A stretch of 64,000 nucleotides of DNA from Hydrolagus affinis (lineage: Eukaryota), in assembly GCA_012026655.1 (NCBI GenBank), contig JAAILG010001199.1:1-64000 (forward strand), in the 5' to 3' direction. Below, in pieces: positions 12,601 to 27,600 of the stretch (the stretch's first letter is position 1; the number at the start of each line of letters is the position of its first letter). The notes beneath the pieces were generated by a model. That model was not told where the DNA came from and made no database searches. It was given only the letters and a program-made list of their open reading frames with translations. Position numbers and translations under genes: made by a program.

Positions 12601-15600
12601 AATTCTCCTACTCTCCTTCCCCCTACCCTGCTCTGGTCCCGACCTGACTGTTCAGCGCCTTGGGACGTCCTCCCGACGTGAAAGGCGCTATATAAATGTA
12701 ATTTTGTTGTTAAATATTTTCAGTGAAATACTTTACTTTTGTCAGACTGAATATTGCTGTTTAGTACTGTTCAAAGGGGAAATGTGTTGAATGGAAATGC
12801 TGTACCATTTGAAAATTCTTATAAGAAAAGTTGGATGCACGTTCAGCTGAATTGGTAGTACTTACCTAAGGGTCAGAAGGTTGTGGGTCCTAGTCCCACA
12901 TTGAAGCTTTGAACTAACAATCTCCAATGTGTTGCATTGTTGGACCTGCTGAGTTTTACCCAACTCCAATTCAGGTTGGATCTTTGCAGACATATGAACC
13001 GCACAGGATTAACTGATATTTTTCAAAGTAGTGATTTCAATCTTGTCGAATGCGGTACATTTAACAAAAAAAAAAGAGCTGCAGAGTGCACAGAGTTACT
13101 CATGTATTGCTTTATTTCAATACTAATTCTTGCATTTGATACAGAACCTTATCACATCTTCCAGACATCTCAAAGCGCCTCACAGAATATACTGTGAAGT
13201 GAATTGACTCTTTGTGGGTAAAATGCGGCAGCAAAATTATATTTATAAGAAATTATACTTATAAACCTTGAATCAGACTTTTTTTATATTTGAAGCAACT
13301 GTGTTTCTCAAGATTGGGGATTTAAACTCACCAATAGAGATTGTTGTCAATGCAAAGCTGACCAGCTTCTTTTTGGCTCTCGCTTGCAGACAGACGAGGC
13401 ATATACTTTTCTGTTGAGAATTACTCAACCTTTTCTGAAGGTGCCTTTTCAACTCACAGTTTAGACCCACAATATACAAAACTCAGCCACGTGCTAACCC
13501 CATAGTCAACATCGATCATAATCCGTCAATGGTGATATATCTCCAGGCAGCCGCAAGTTATGGAGAACTGCAATCTTGAAGCATAGAAGGAGCAGAATCA
13601 CAAATAGACAAACCCAGGACCTGATACAGAGAGAGAAGGTGGATTCTCCCATTGACGTGGCCTGCTGCTTCCAGATCAGTTTGCGGTTCACCTCGTGGCT
13701 GTTTTTCACTTACTCATCATTAGCCACTTAGTGCAGGAGATGTAGTGCATCTTACCTCATTTTGGATGAATTTTTCTCTGCCCTGTATGAACTTCTGAGT
13801 ATTGTCATCGCTTTGAACTTAGTTTTGTGCACTTTCAACAGCGCCCTTTAGTTGACAGAGCAGATTTCCTAATGATTTGAGTTGTTCCACCCATTATAGG
13901 CTTGGAAGTAAGAATGAAGGATGCAAAAGTATGAGGAGAAATATGTGCAACAGTATCAAAGTTCATTGCTGTATAATTTGCAATGAAGGATCTTGTTGGT
14001 CAATGTTGTGTTTCATTGATGTTTCAGGTAAAAAGCACCTGGAGAAAGCAGTTGAATATTCTTTAGCACTACTCAACCTGACCTTGCAGAAGGAGAATCT
14101 CTTCATGGACTGGCTGAGAGAGAGCCACTCTTCTGTCATAGTGACTCCCTTGGAACAACTGCTTCAGGGTATCAACCCACGCAGCAAGAAGGCTGATCAT
14201 GTGGTGAACATTGCTCGGTAAGATGGCTGTTGGGTCGTGCCTTGTTTGGCCTGATCCCCACAAATACTTCGTGTTGTAAAAAATATATATTTTTTAAATT
14301 GGTAGGTTGATAGATTCTGAGCAGCTTAACCCCTCACTTCTTTCCACTTTCAATACAAATCCATGAACCCTAAATCTGCTTCTAACTTATTCATATGTTT
14401 TCAGCCATCAAATGTGTTATTGGAGTTGAGATCCAAGCACATTCATTTAACATCTGTTTCATTGTATGGTGTAGATTATTTTCTTTGAAGTTCTAACGTT
14501 AAGCGCTTTACTGCAGGTCGGTCTTATTTGTGTCAACAGCAATGAGGACAGGGCCTCTGCATCTCACAGTTTTGTGTGTTCTATGAAATATTAAGTGTGT
14601 ACATGCCCCTAAGTTTGCTGGCCAAAACAAAATGGTTTTGCATTCTATGGTGTGCATTTGATGAAATCCAAGTGATTTTCAGACGCTTATGGATGTTTCA
14701 TTGAGGGCAAAATTTCTCAATGTTTCTTCACACTAATTATTCTGAAAACTATTTGGATACTAACACTGAAGGTGATTTTCATTCTCTGCACTATGGTATC
14801 TCTACACTGTGAGTGGTCCATTTCTGTTCTAGTTTCCATCATAATTCTTCAATTTGTTTAATTCATCCATTGTCACATTTTGTTAAATAAATCATTTAAT
14901 ATGGCAGGCTGGCACCTCATTGGGCTTGATAATTGATTAATTCCATTCTGTATAAATTCTGCATTAAAGGTTTTCGAGATTCCATGTTGCACAAATTCTT
15001 ATACTTTCTCCCTTTTCCCTGCTTCCTTCCCTACCCTACAGCTATCTATGCCATGGAACCAGCAACCCTGAGCTAGCTTTTGAAAGTGCAGAAATTCTCT
15101 GCTGTATTTCGCACTATCCCAACGTCCAGGGAAAACTGGTGGGAGACTTCACCCAAGACCAGGTGGGTTATGGACCAGTGACTAACCTTATAAAACTGAG
15201 AAACTGGTATCAGCCACTGTGCTTTGCCGTTTCTTCTTGTTCCTCATATTCCCTTTCTGCAGTTGAATTGTAATCTCAGCCAAGCTCACTTGATAGCAGT
15301 CTCACATCTGTATCTAAAGGCTGTAGGTTCAATGTCCACATTTGGCTTTGTGCTCACATTGCCTAGGCTGTTGCTTGCACTCAGTGCTGAGAAGACTGCT
15401 AGATTATTGGAGAATCAGTTGAAGCATAAAACGGATATGATCTGCGTACTCAGGTGGACATTAGAGATTCCACAGCAGGATTTGAAAAGAGAAGGAAGTT
15501 TATTCTGATGTTCTGGCTGACAATCATCCAGATAAATATTAATCATTCACTTCATGGTACTTGATTGGCGGTATAAATGTAATTTGTTGTTTATTGCTAT

Positions 15601-18600
15601 GCACAAATTGCTGCTGCATTTACCTACAAATATACTTTTGCTGCATAGTATAGTAAATCCTGTGAACCACTTTGAGATTTTTTGATGATGTTATGATGTG
15701 CTTCTATTCAATTGCAAGGATCACTTGTTTCATTTTACCTTCTGGCTTGATCATGATGCATGGTAACTATGGAGAAAATTATCCTTGGGTTGACAAGGAT
15801 TATGAATCTGTAAAAGCGTCTGATGCATATTTGCCTCTGACAGTGATGTTTTCTTGACTTTTGTGCAGGCTATCAGTCAGAAGTTGATGGCAGGTTTTGT
15901 TGAGTGCCTTGACAGCGAGGACGCTGAGGAACTGGTACAACTTAATGACGGTCAGTGTTAGTGAAGGTTCTCAATCAATCTTTTCATCCATGAGATTTTG
16001 TTGCTTGATATTATAATCTATAAAACTGGAAATTAGAGTATTCTTTCTCTTCTAGTGAGGGAAACTCGTAGCAGTACTCTGTAAAGTTGCCACCACAATC
16101 TTTTTATTGCTAACCCAATGCTTAACATTTGGTAACAAAAAGGGAGAAGGTTTCTTTTGCAATGTTATCGGAAAGATTTGTTTGTGTGTTTGTTTTCCTT
16201 CTCCTCCCTCCCCACTCCAGCTCATGTTGTTCCTTCATCACAGACACTGATTTAGAAAAGAAACGTTCCTTGATCAGGCATCACACGAGGATCCACATCT
16301 TGAATTTGCTCATTACGTCACTGGAGCTGAAGCCACCCAATCTTGCCCTCTACTTGCTGGGTTATGAACTGAGAAAGCCAGTCAGTGCCACCAATCTGCA
16401 GGATCCAGGTACCTTCTTACTCCACTCCTCGTGCCTTTATTCATTCAGCAAAGGCTTCCTATTTGACATTGTCCACTGAATTCAGATATGGTGAAAGGCC
16501 GATGCACAGGAAGACCAATTATTTGGAAGACCAATGTGGGGGTGGGGAAGAGAGAGAGGAGGGAATGCATTTGTTCATCTTCCTGAATGACTCCAGCACT
16601 TACTTCCTCTTTGTCTTGTTTTATCTTTCAATCACAATTTGCATTTCATTAATGCAATGGTCGTGAGATTTGCCTCCAAACAGAAAATGTTTCATTGAGA
16701 TTACAGTAATTGTAAATGCATTGCTAATCTACTTTTCTTTTGTCTGCTGGCTAATTTAGGGGTCCTCGGTTGTCCACGAACCTGCCTTCACTCCATCTTG
16801 AATATTCTTGAGAAAGGTACTGACGGGAGGAATGGCCCCCTGGCCGTCAAGGAGTCGCCACATTTAGCTGAACTCTGCTATCAGGTAGGAACCAATCGCT
16901 CTTACCAGAAAAGACAGTCACCATTCGTGACCTCAGGCATCAAATAAAGGGCCGCTGTAACTACCAACGTACACTGTTGTTTTGAACGCGTCGTGCAGTG
17001 TTGTGCCTCTATTTCAATAAAAGGGAGCATACAAAATCCTTTGGGAGGAAGGACATCCTCCCAAAGTGAAAGGAGCTAGATACACATTAAAAAAAATTAT
17101 TAAGCAAATAGCATATAGCATACATGTGTTCAAGAAATTTGAAATACCTAAAGGAGAAGACAATAGAGGGGTACAGATGAGGGAAATAGAGGGTCTCCCG
17201 TTCCTCATCGCCCTTAATGTGGCCTTGATTTATCATCCCATTGGAAGCATGGCGGCTCCCAACAACGTAGCACACCCCAGCATTGCATTGGAGTGTCAGC
17301 TTAGACAATATGAGTTCAAGCCAATGTGACACTTGAGCCAACAGTATTTCTAACTCTGAGATGAGGTGACACCAGCTGAACCATTAACATTGACATTACA
17401 AAAGGTTTGGATGTTGCCATGGTGAACCACATCTCCAGTCAGCACCTCCAAGGGCGCAATTGCAAGAATTATTGGTTATCGTTTAGCTTATTTCTTCCTC
17501 TTCCACAGGTGATTTATCAGTTGTGTGCGTACTCTGAGACTTCAGGGCCAACCATGCGATACCTCAGAACAAGCCAGGATTTTCTCTTCTCTCAGCTCCA
17601 TCACCTGCCCTTCATTGTTAAAGGTAAAAGAGGAGCTGAGACACAGTGTTCCAATTAAGATGAAAGATTTCATTGTAATTTAGTGATAACAGCAGAGCTG
17701 AAGAATTTTCTTGTATTATGGCTTGCAGCAATGAAGAGTACGTCTGTCAAAATATATTGCGTGTTTCTGTGCAGGTGAAATAATTACAATTTCTGTTGCA
17801 GGCCATGAAATCTCAGCACTAAGCCAGATGTCGTGGCTGATGAAGACTGCTGGTATTGAACTACGTGTCACCTCCCTGAATCGCCAACGTTCTCACACAG
17901 GGCGTCTTCTCCATCTGATCCTTGACGATGTGCCTCTTCGATCCTTTGCTGGTAATTGTCGATGGTGTGAGAGTATTTGGATTGGATTTAGTTTCACTCA
18001 TTTGAGTCCAGCTTTCATGGGACTCTTTGGTTTACGAGGCTGACTCAGAGCAGGGACACCAATGTATATGTTCAGTTTCCTGTCCATGCAGTTTCCTTTT
18101 TATTGTAAGTGTCAGTAAGGCTTTGTGGTAGCACTCTCGCCTCTGAGTCAGAAGATTGTAGGTTCAAGCTCCACATCAGGACTTGAAATATAGTCTCAGT
18201 TGACACTCCGATGCACTGCTGGTGGGTGTTGCAATGTTGGAAGTGCATTCCTTTGAATGAAATGTTAAACCAAAGGTCCCGTCTCCCTGTTCAGGTGGAC
18301 GTTAAGAGATCCCATGGCACTATTCCAAAAAAGAAGGGAGTTTTTTCTGGTGTCCTGGCCCACAAATCCCTCGGGGGAAATAAAAACAATCATAAATTGG
18401 TCATTTCAACCTACGACTGTTTGTGGGACACTGCTGCGCGCAATTGGCTGCCGCATTTTGTCCACAAATATAGTCAATTCACTTTACAGTATATTCGATG
18501 AAGCGCTTTTAGATGTCTAGAAGACATGAAAAGTGCTATATCAAATGCAAGGATTATTATTATTCTGTGAAGTGCTTTGAGATATCTAGAAGATTGCTAT

Positions 18601-21600
18601 ATGGTGCTACATCAAATACAGGTATTATTAAAACAAAAATGAGGCTATATTCAGTTACTTTTCCAAACCCATAGTTTTTTATGAGCAGCTTGCCTGCTTT
18701 AACACCTTAAACATAATATATGATGAGAGAGGGCGAGAGATTGTGTAGAGAGGGAGAGAGAGTTTGCGAGAGAGAGCATGAAAGAGAGTGGAGAAACAGA
18801 GAGCGTGAAGAGAGAGTGACCAAACTGTTTGACTGTGTTTTCAGTCATCTTTTGCCCTCCCCCTAGGCTTCCACCCCCAGCTCAGTTGCCCTGCTGACAA
18901 TGTTAATTAACGTGCAAATATCGCTGTGTAAATGTTATGTTTCTAGTGTGAGAAATACAAAAATATTGTTTATGCACCCCCCAGGGCATGTTTCTCAAAA
19001 AGGGCATCAGGTCCTCAGTACCAAAAGGTTGAAACGCCTTGTCTCAAAAGATTCCTGCAACATTTTATTTAACTGTATACCTTTAATGTGTGGCTGCAAA
19101 ATAATACTGACTCGTTTTATATTTTATATTTGACTCAGCACAAAGTTGCATACTGATTGTATTCAAAATCCTTGACCATTGATGTGGAAAGCGCTGAGTG
19201 AAATTTTGTAAATGTATAACAATGAATGCTATTGTACATGATTTTATTTGCTATCTTCCACTTCAGTGGTGCCACTTATCATAGTGATATATCCTGGGGA
19301 TATGGTTAAAACCCAATTGATCTTCTGGCTCATGTTGTTGATGCTTCCTTTCATTAGTTGATACCGAAGGAAGTCTGGATGAAGAAACAAGATGTGTCAG
19401 TGGATTTCTGCATTTTGACTCCATCTCCAAAGGTGAAGCTTGAAGACCTATAGCTCCCAGGTTCTTTCAGCCCATAATGTTCCAAATTTGCACTTTTCCG
19501 TGTTGCCTAGCCTAATTAAACTACTCCCAATTTGTGGTCCAGTGCTCCAAAGGGCTCTGTTTTTGTGCTCCTTGGGACGTCCTCCTGACATGAAAGGCAC
19601 TCTATACGTGTAATTGTGTTGTTGTTGTTGTTCGTGACATTTATGTCATCGGGTTTAACATTATTTTAACCTGCATCAATGCTTCAGGGTGTTAACTTTA
19701 CTTCTTATCCAGTGCGTCGAAAGATCCTCAGTGTTTTGGACTCGATCGACTTTTGCCAAGAAGGTCCTGAAGAACTTCATTTGGATTTCTTCGACCGTGC
19801 TCAGATTGAACAGGTCATCTGTAAATGTGAACACAAGAATCAGCAGGGCCAGATTGTCTGCAACGTGAAGGTACCTAGTTTGAGGGGAGAGTTTCACCAG
19901 CATCTTCTAAAGTGCCATTTTGAACTTGCTCATCCCCAAGCTCAGGGGCCCAGTCAGCAGTGTGAGATGTTCTCCTAGTGTGAAATGGATTATGTCAATA
20001 TGCATCACATTGAAAATTGCTGTCCATTTGAAATGTTCACTTCTTCACTTTGTGTTGCTTTTCGTGTTTTTAACTATTCCTACAGTCCCTTTTCCCACTG
20101 CCAAAAGAGCAGGAGTGGGCTGTTCGTTTCTGCTTGTTTCTCCAATTAACCAGCATCTTGAATACATGGACAATTTAGCAGACAATAATCTGATAATGAG
20201 TGATCTTACTTGGAATGCAGTGTTCATATAGAACATTTTTTTTACACTGGATTGCTCCCCTTCCCTTAATTGCCTTCAAAGTGAGCAATCGAAGGGACAC
20301 CATCGCCCCCAAAGCAAGTATTTTAATAAAATAATCTTGTAAGATTTGTAAGATTTGTTTCAATGAGAGGGATCTGCTTCTCCACGTTTTCCATTCTCGG
20401 ATTCAGTAACTTTCACTTGCAGGATAGACAAATCTCACCCAACTGCCCATTGCTATTGCTGCATGATATTGACATACAATTCTAAGAAAAGTATGTGTAG
20501 TTTTAGTGAAGGATCTTCCATTCCCCCATAGTAAAAGTTCACTAAACATTATTGAAATATCTCCACTAAATTGCTGCTGTTTTTTAATCTGAAATAATAA
20601 TATAATAAAAATAATATAATAATAACCTGAAATGTGTACCTTTCAGCTCCTTCACCGAGTGCTGATTGCAGAAATAAATGCCTTGCAGGGCATGGCGGCT
20701 CTTGGACAAAGACCTTTGCTGATGGAGGTGAGGTTGCTGGCACGTGTTTAAATTCCAGATTGTTCAGTTATTCACTCATTGCACTCCCGTGAGCTGCATT
20801 GTAAGGTTCAGTACAACCTGCTGTTTTTTTGATTTGAACACTAAATTTAAAAGACCAACAAAGTGGATCATCGCTGCTTCAGCGGTCAGCAATTGACCCA
20901 TTTTCTGCAAAGTGCAGGCAAGTTGTTTGAACCGCAACCTAAAAATACCTGGATTTTGAAGATTAGTCCTACAGAACCCGTATCTTCTGTAGGATATCAA
21001 ATGTAAATAAAATTGCCATCTTTTCGAGAATGGTGAATAGAGGGTAACTCAATTCACCCACAAAATGCACAGTCATGGGAATTTACAGTAAATTCTATGA
21101 AGGGTTTGAAATATCTTAAAAATATGATAAGACTATCAGATGCAAGGATTATGATTATTCTTTAATTTAAGAAATAAAGACCAAGCCAGGTTGGCTATTT
21201 AACTTTTGAAAAGTGTGCAAAATCAAAGGCCTTCCAATATTACTCTCATAATCCAAAAAAATTCTAAATTGGTCATTTCAATCCAAGACTCTTTGTGGGA
21301 CATTGCTGTGCGCGATTGGCTGCCGCATTTTGTCCGCATATGTACAGTCAGTTCACTTTACAGCATATTCTGTGAAGCACTTTGAGACGTCTAGGAGACG
21401 TGAAAAAGCGTTATATCAAATGCAATGATTCGTATTCATTCATAGTCAAAATATTAATCATAATATTAATCCTTACATTTGATAAGAGTGCTGAAACGTT
21501 TCCCTCTGTCTGAACTTTTATTCATCTTTCCCCTCGGCTCCCAGCCCTAGTCTGGGTAGCCATCCTACTTTTTAGAGCACTTTGAGACATCGTCATGATG

Positions 21601-24600
21601 TGAAACATACAAATTTATGAAATGTAGAGAATGCGTAATTTGAATAAAGTGAAAATGTCATATTGACGTTTTGAATCTTATCCCAAACCATGTTTATCTA
21701 TGTGTGCTTGGGGAAAGTGGCTGTTTTGACATTAAATCTCCAGTAATTTTCTGATTGTTAATCTATTGTTCAGGAGATCAACACAATACTGCAGCATGTG
21801 GTGCAGAGGAATAAGCTGCGGGAGTGTCTTCACGCCAAACGTCACACCTTGGAGTCATGGCGGCAGCTGGTTGAGATCATACTTGCGGCTTGTCCCCAGG
21901 ATCTGATTCAGGGAGAGGATAGACAGATTATCATCCGGGACCTTCTGCATGACCTCCATGACAAGGTGATCAAAAATATTTTGTCACTGCATGTGGTTAC
22001 GAACCCTTAGAATGGTTCTGTCCATTGGCTTTACAGTACCAAACTAATCCTAACCGATACATATTTTGCATGTGGATGCAGTACGAAAAGAATTCCTTTG
22101 TTTGATAAGCTTGCAAGCAAACAAGTGATATTCTGGCCTTCAGATAAATGCATCTGATTGCATCAATGGTGCAACCATACAAAAAAAAATGGTCATTTCA
22201 ATCCATGATTGTTTGTGGGACACAGCTGCGTGCAATTGGCTGCCATGTTTCGAACACAAATATACAGTCAATTCACTTTAAAGTATATATTGTGAAGCGC
22301 TTTGAGACATATAGAAGATATGAAAAGCGCTATATCAAATGCAAGCATTATTATTAATAATCAGATGCACTGTCGATGCAATCATGCCCGATGTGACCAG
22401 GTACTGTTTATTTGTATGTTTGTGCCATAAGCAGCCTGGAGGTGGATGACCAAGTTACTGGTTACCAGGTTGGCCAGGACAATGGGGAGAAATTTCTTCT
22501 ATTTTCAAATAATGCGACTCGATCTTTAACATCCCTTGAACAGGCAGAGACAGGACCTCGGTTTATTGTCTCAACTGAGGTCAGTACATCTGACAATGCA
22601 GAGCTCCCCCAGAATTGCAGTCTCAGTCAAGTCCATAAGCTCTGAGTCCCTGATGTGAGTCTTGAATGTACAACCTTCTGACCACCATTGTTATTTTTTT
22701 GCCAAATTTCTCCCTCTTTCTTGGGGCCAGTTGGTGCTGGATTAAGGTTGCAAGGGTGATGGAACCTTGCATTATTTTTTGCCCAAGTGGCATGAATGAA
22801 TCCTGTATTTATTTGCATTCACACATAGCCACATGTTTGCAATGATATGATTGCTGCCAAATGATGGCGGTGAACACTGCAGGGCAATATTTAAAGGAAA
22901 GTATATCTTTGTAGTGGTGGGAACATACCAAGACCTGCTGGGTGAAAAGAATTGAGTGTAGTTTTGGGGTTTAGTTGGTCAAAAACACATATTTCTTCAT
23001 TTCTACAGTGCTTGTAGTTTGATGTTCTTGCTGATCTCTATCTGTTGCCCTCAGATTCTGGATGAGGAAGCTGCCCATGAACTTATGTCAGTGGTCGCTG
23101 GGACCGTGTTTACCCTCACCGCTCACCTCACCCAGGCTGTACGCAATGAGCAAAAAATGGCACTCTGTGTTCATTCACAATACATCTCAATGTTAGATGG
23201 TAATGCCACAACTGTAGAGAATACCTCTGTCGGCTTTACTTCCATTGGGGACTCTTCTCTGCACATCATCCTGAAGAAGCTGCTGGATTTTATTCTTCGA
23301 ACTGGTGAGACATAACTGGCTTGGTAGAACTGTGTTTGGTAATGGGAGTGTCGAAACTTAGTTCACTCAGTTGTTTAGTTCTGAGCCAGGTGGGTCTGCA
23401 GTACTCCAGGCACTACCAGTGACACACCAGGTGGTCTGGCTCATCGGAAGGACTTGCAGCAATTCTTCACACTCAGCTTGTAGTTTCCCCCCACGAGCTA
23501 AAGGCAGAATGATTAGGTGGTTCTCATTGGACAAGCAGTGGAAAGCTTGCAAGACCTGCTCGCAATGGGCAACCTTTGTGGTTTTAGCTGGTTATACTAC
23601 AGCAGTTACCGCAATGCACACTCTGGATTTCCCAAGCCTTAGCTCTTGCCAAACTGTCAAATACTCTCCAGATTTGGGTAAATAGGGTTCTTCCCTCCAG
23701 GGAGAGAATGCACATTCTAGACACAGGGAAATTTCCATGTGTAAGTGACATGGGTATGTCTGGTTTGGATACTCTTGGTGATCCATAGTGATGGTTTTAC
23801 AGTATGACCAAAGTAGTGATATCATTGCTATGTCTAATAAGTCTGAAATAAATTATGATTTTTTTTAGATAACAGACTTTTTGGTCACCCTGTACATCAT
23901 CATATACTCAGTTGACCACGAACAGTGGACCAAACCAATCGTAAACCATCTGTCCACCAATTAAACAGTATCACGCAATATGACCATTGGCTTTAAGATC
24001 TCTTTGAGATTGCTGTTTACTGCATTCATTGGGGCATCAGAGGGGTGAATGGTAGAATGTCCTTCAAGAAACGACCTATAGAAAAATACAAGAGATTTGT
24101 AAAACCTGAGAAGTCACGTGCTGCAGTTCCCAATTTATGCCACTGGAGGGAACATTTACATCATCAGTGACCCCAGACACTAAATAATAATCCTTGCATT
24201 TGATATAGCGCCTTATCACGTCTGTGAGACGCCAGTCGACTAACAACCAGGTTCCTACTTATTACTAGGTAAACAGGCATGCCGAGTAAGGAAACATTTC
24301 CAACATTTTGCTTTGCGGGGAATTGAACCCTGATCTCTTGCTTGCAAGGCAAGTGCTCCAACAACTGAGCCCCAGGAATAAGTTTTATATTGATTCAAAC
24401 TTTTTACTTGTGTAAGTGCTGATTTGAACTAATATAATAATAAATAATATTGCATTTGATAGTGTCTTATTATGCCATCGAGACAGCTCAAACAGTTCAC
24501 GGAACATACTGAAATTAAACTGTACTTTTTGGACAAGGTGTTCAAGATTGTTTAAATTTCTAAGTAGCTTCCAGACTATATTTCCTTTGCTTTAATTTTT

Positions 24601-27600
24601 CACTGACTTTCATCAAGTCATCCAATTTTGCAAGGAGAAAAATAATTGCAGCCTTCCTGTCCAGTGGAAACAATGTTTAGGCCGTGCAGAATAAAAGGTC
24701 AATTTGCTGTACTAAAGTTCTGTTCGGAAGCTTGCCTTTTCGGGAAATGTTGTTTTCACAAGTTTTATCAAAGTAATGTCATGTTTGGAATGGACAATAT
24801 GATAATCCTTGCATTCAATATCATGTCCTATCATGCATGCCATTGAGGTGCCTCAAAGCGCTTCACAAGATTTCAATGTATGGTATGTTAACTCTTTGTA
24901 GACAAATGCGGCAGCCAATTTGCACACACAGTGTCCCCAAAACAACATTGAAGTGAATTACTAATTTTATTGGGGCAGGAGTGTAGGATGCTGTTGGCCA
25001 AGATCAGGAGAAACTTTTGATATTGATGCTCCTTCAACTGATTTTCTCATCAGGTGGGGGATTCCAGCGTGTTAGAGCACACCTGTACGGAGCCCTGCTA
25101 TACTACTTGCAGATCAGCCAGAAACCAGATGAGCCGGATACCTTGGAAACAGGTATGCGAACGTGGTGTAGGGAAAGGACACAGGAATGTGGAAGATAAT
25201 CCATATGTTTACATCTACATATTTCTTGTTTAATTCTTTCTTCTCCAGGTCAGAAAACCATGTGGGAGAGGCTTACAGCTCCCGAAGACGAGTGCAGCAA
25301 ACTCCAAAGGGAGAACATGGCAATCATTGAGAGCTATGGGGCATCGCTGATGGAAGTGGTGTGTCGAGATGCTTGTGATGGGCATGAAATAGGAAGGGTG
25401 CGTATGCAGTAATGTCCAGAGTTGGTGTTGAGCTCATTTTCAGTACAAGATTGAATGTTTTGCTTGATTTCTTCTTAAATTGCTCAGGAGTTCTGTAGCT
25501 CAGTGTTTAGAGCACTCACCTTACAAGGGAGAGACCTGGGTTCGATTCCAGGCAGGGTGAAACTTTGGGCAAGTTTCTTTACTCTACACTCCTGATAATA
25601 ATCCCCACAGAAAAAAATAATAATAATAATCACTCAATCCCCGACTGTTTGTGGAATACTGCTGGGCACAATTGGCCGCTGAGTTTCGCCCACAAAATAT
25701 GCAGTCAATTCACTTTACAGTATATTCTGTGAAGAACTGAGAAGTCGTGCAAAGAACTATATCAAATGCAAGGATTATTATTATATATTGCAACTCCTTG
25801 CAGTGGGATAAGATCATCTTGAAGCATCCCGATATTAGAAACAGAGGAGGGAAATCTCGTTTCTGCTCCCAATGGCCTTCAGGAGATAATCTTCCCTCTA
25901 TGAATGTGGAGGGAATATGGTTGTGAACTCTTACAGTTTTGATCAGAATTGTTATGTAGGCTCATATATGAAGGGGTTTGGATAGGATGAACCGAGGTAT
26001 CTACACATTTGGATCTATATTTCTGGACCCCTTCACAAGGGGAAGAATTCAGAATTTGGGGGGTGGGGGGTGATCTCTTATTGCATTACTGTCAGTGCCA
26101 ACATTTTAATTTCTCACCCCCTCCCCCCCCCGCCCCCCACAACTTCCCATGCAGCTTATGATGTAAGTGTACTCAATCTTGTCTTGCTGTAAAACTTGTT
26201 GCAAAAGAAATAGCTCTACGTGGGTTCAGGCAAATGTAAAGGATGTTTGGATTCCAGCCAGTCATGGTTTTTTGTGACTGCTTATTTCAGATGCTGGCGT
26301 TGGCAGTCCTGGACCGCATCGTGACTATCGACCAACACCATCAATGGCTGTGCTACCTCACCAATAGTGGCTACCTGAAAGCAGTGGCTGACAGCTTGGC
26401 CCAGGATGACGTCACTCTCCAGAGCATGCTGAGTCCTCAGCCTCCATTACTGAAAGCCTTGTACATTTACGAATCCAAAATGGTAAGTTTGTGTGTCAAC
26501 ACGCAGGTCGGATATCAACATTGCTTCGGCATATTTGTTCTGTCCGTTTATTCCCACACCAAGATGATAAAGGAAATACTGAGATCAGTTTTGCAAGACT
26601 CTCGGACTATGTAGGGTGGAAAATATTTGAGTTCAAACCAAAGATTCCGAACATTAAAACAAATGAGAATTTTATTTTGGCATCCCATCTGTCGGTTCTT
26701 CAATTTAATTGCATTCTGCTGATTTCCGAGTACACTGGAGAATCAAGGGCAAAGCATGTTTGGTTGACAAATATTTTATTTAGGGAATGTTTTTATCTGC
26801 CACAGGATCCAGAGTATTGTTTGAAATTGCCTTTTGAATTCAAATACCTAGCTTAATTTTAATACTTTGAATGATGAATAAGTGAACAAGCCTGCACTTA
26901 GTGAATTGTGGATGTGATACTCGCTGGGATATTTAAAAACTGCATTGCATAAACAGCATTGTGCTTTTGGCTCTTTCATCATTCTGAGGCTTGCACATAA
27001 ATTAGAAACTCCGAACGAGAGGCTTCTCCTGAAAAAGCTCTCATTCCTTCAGAGAGTTAGCTGCTGCCTTTTGAGGTACTGTACTTTCATCAACAATCCT
27101 TTGGGAGTTTAGCTAAATAGGTTCTCATTTCTTTATTTTAACATTTTGACATGCTATCGTCCAGGCATTTCTCACGAGGGTGGCTAAAAATCAGCAGGGA
27201 GCTGTGGAGCTGCTGACCGCAGGGGTGATTGTGCGTTTGGCCCAATGTCAGGTCTATGATCACCGGCCTGAAACTGACACACACAGGTGAGAAAAGCTGC
27301 AAGGTTTATTTTAATACAACATTTGATAGTGATTTGCACATGGACTTTATTGGCAAAAGATGGGTATACTGGACATATGGTGAGACTGGCGGCAAGATTG
27401 TGTGCATTTTATCTATTTATCCTGTGGAATCTTTGTTATTTCACTCCCCTCCTCAAGCTGGGTTGCCTAGCTCTCTCATTCCCCCCTCCAAAAAGTGCCT
27501 TTGCCAGGAAGGTGGCAGTGTCTGAAACGCCACATTGTTCTGAAAATAACAAGCGATTTACCGGAACAGTGGTGTGGCTCAATCACTCAATGGCAAGATA

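Noticed and set aside
26058-26140. G-run / C-run inverted pair (G-quadruplex or hairpin)
   Set aside because: Low-complexity sequence with no evidence of function
26866-26993. C/D snoRNA candidate (ATGATGA at 26871, CTGA at 26984)
   Set aside because: No terminal stem outside the boxes, no recognisable antisense guide, and an atypical distance to the acceptor
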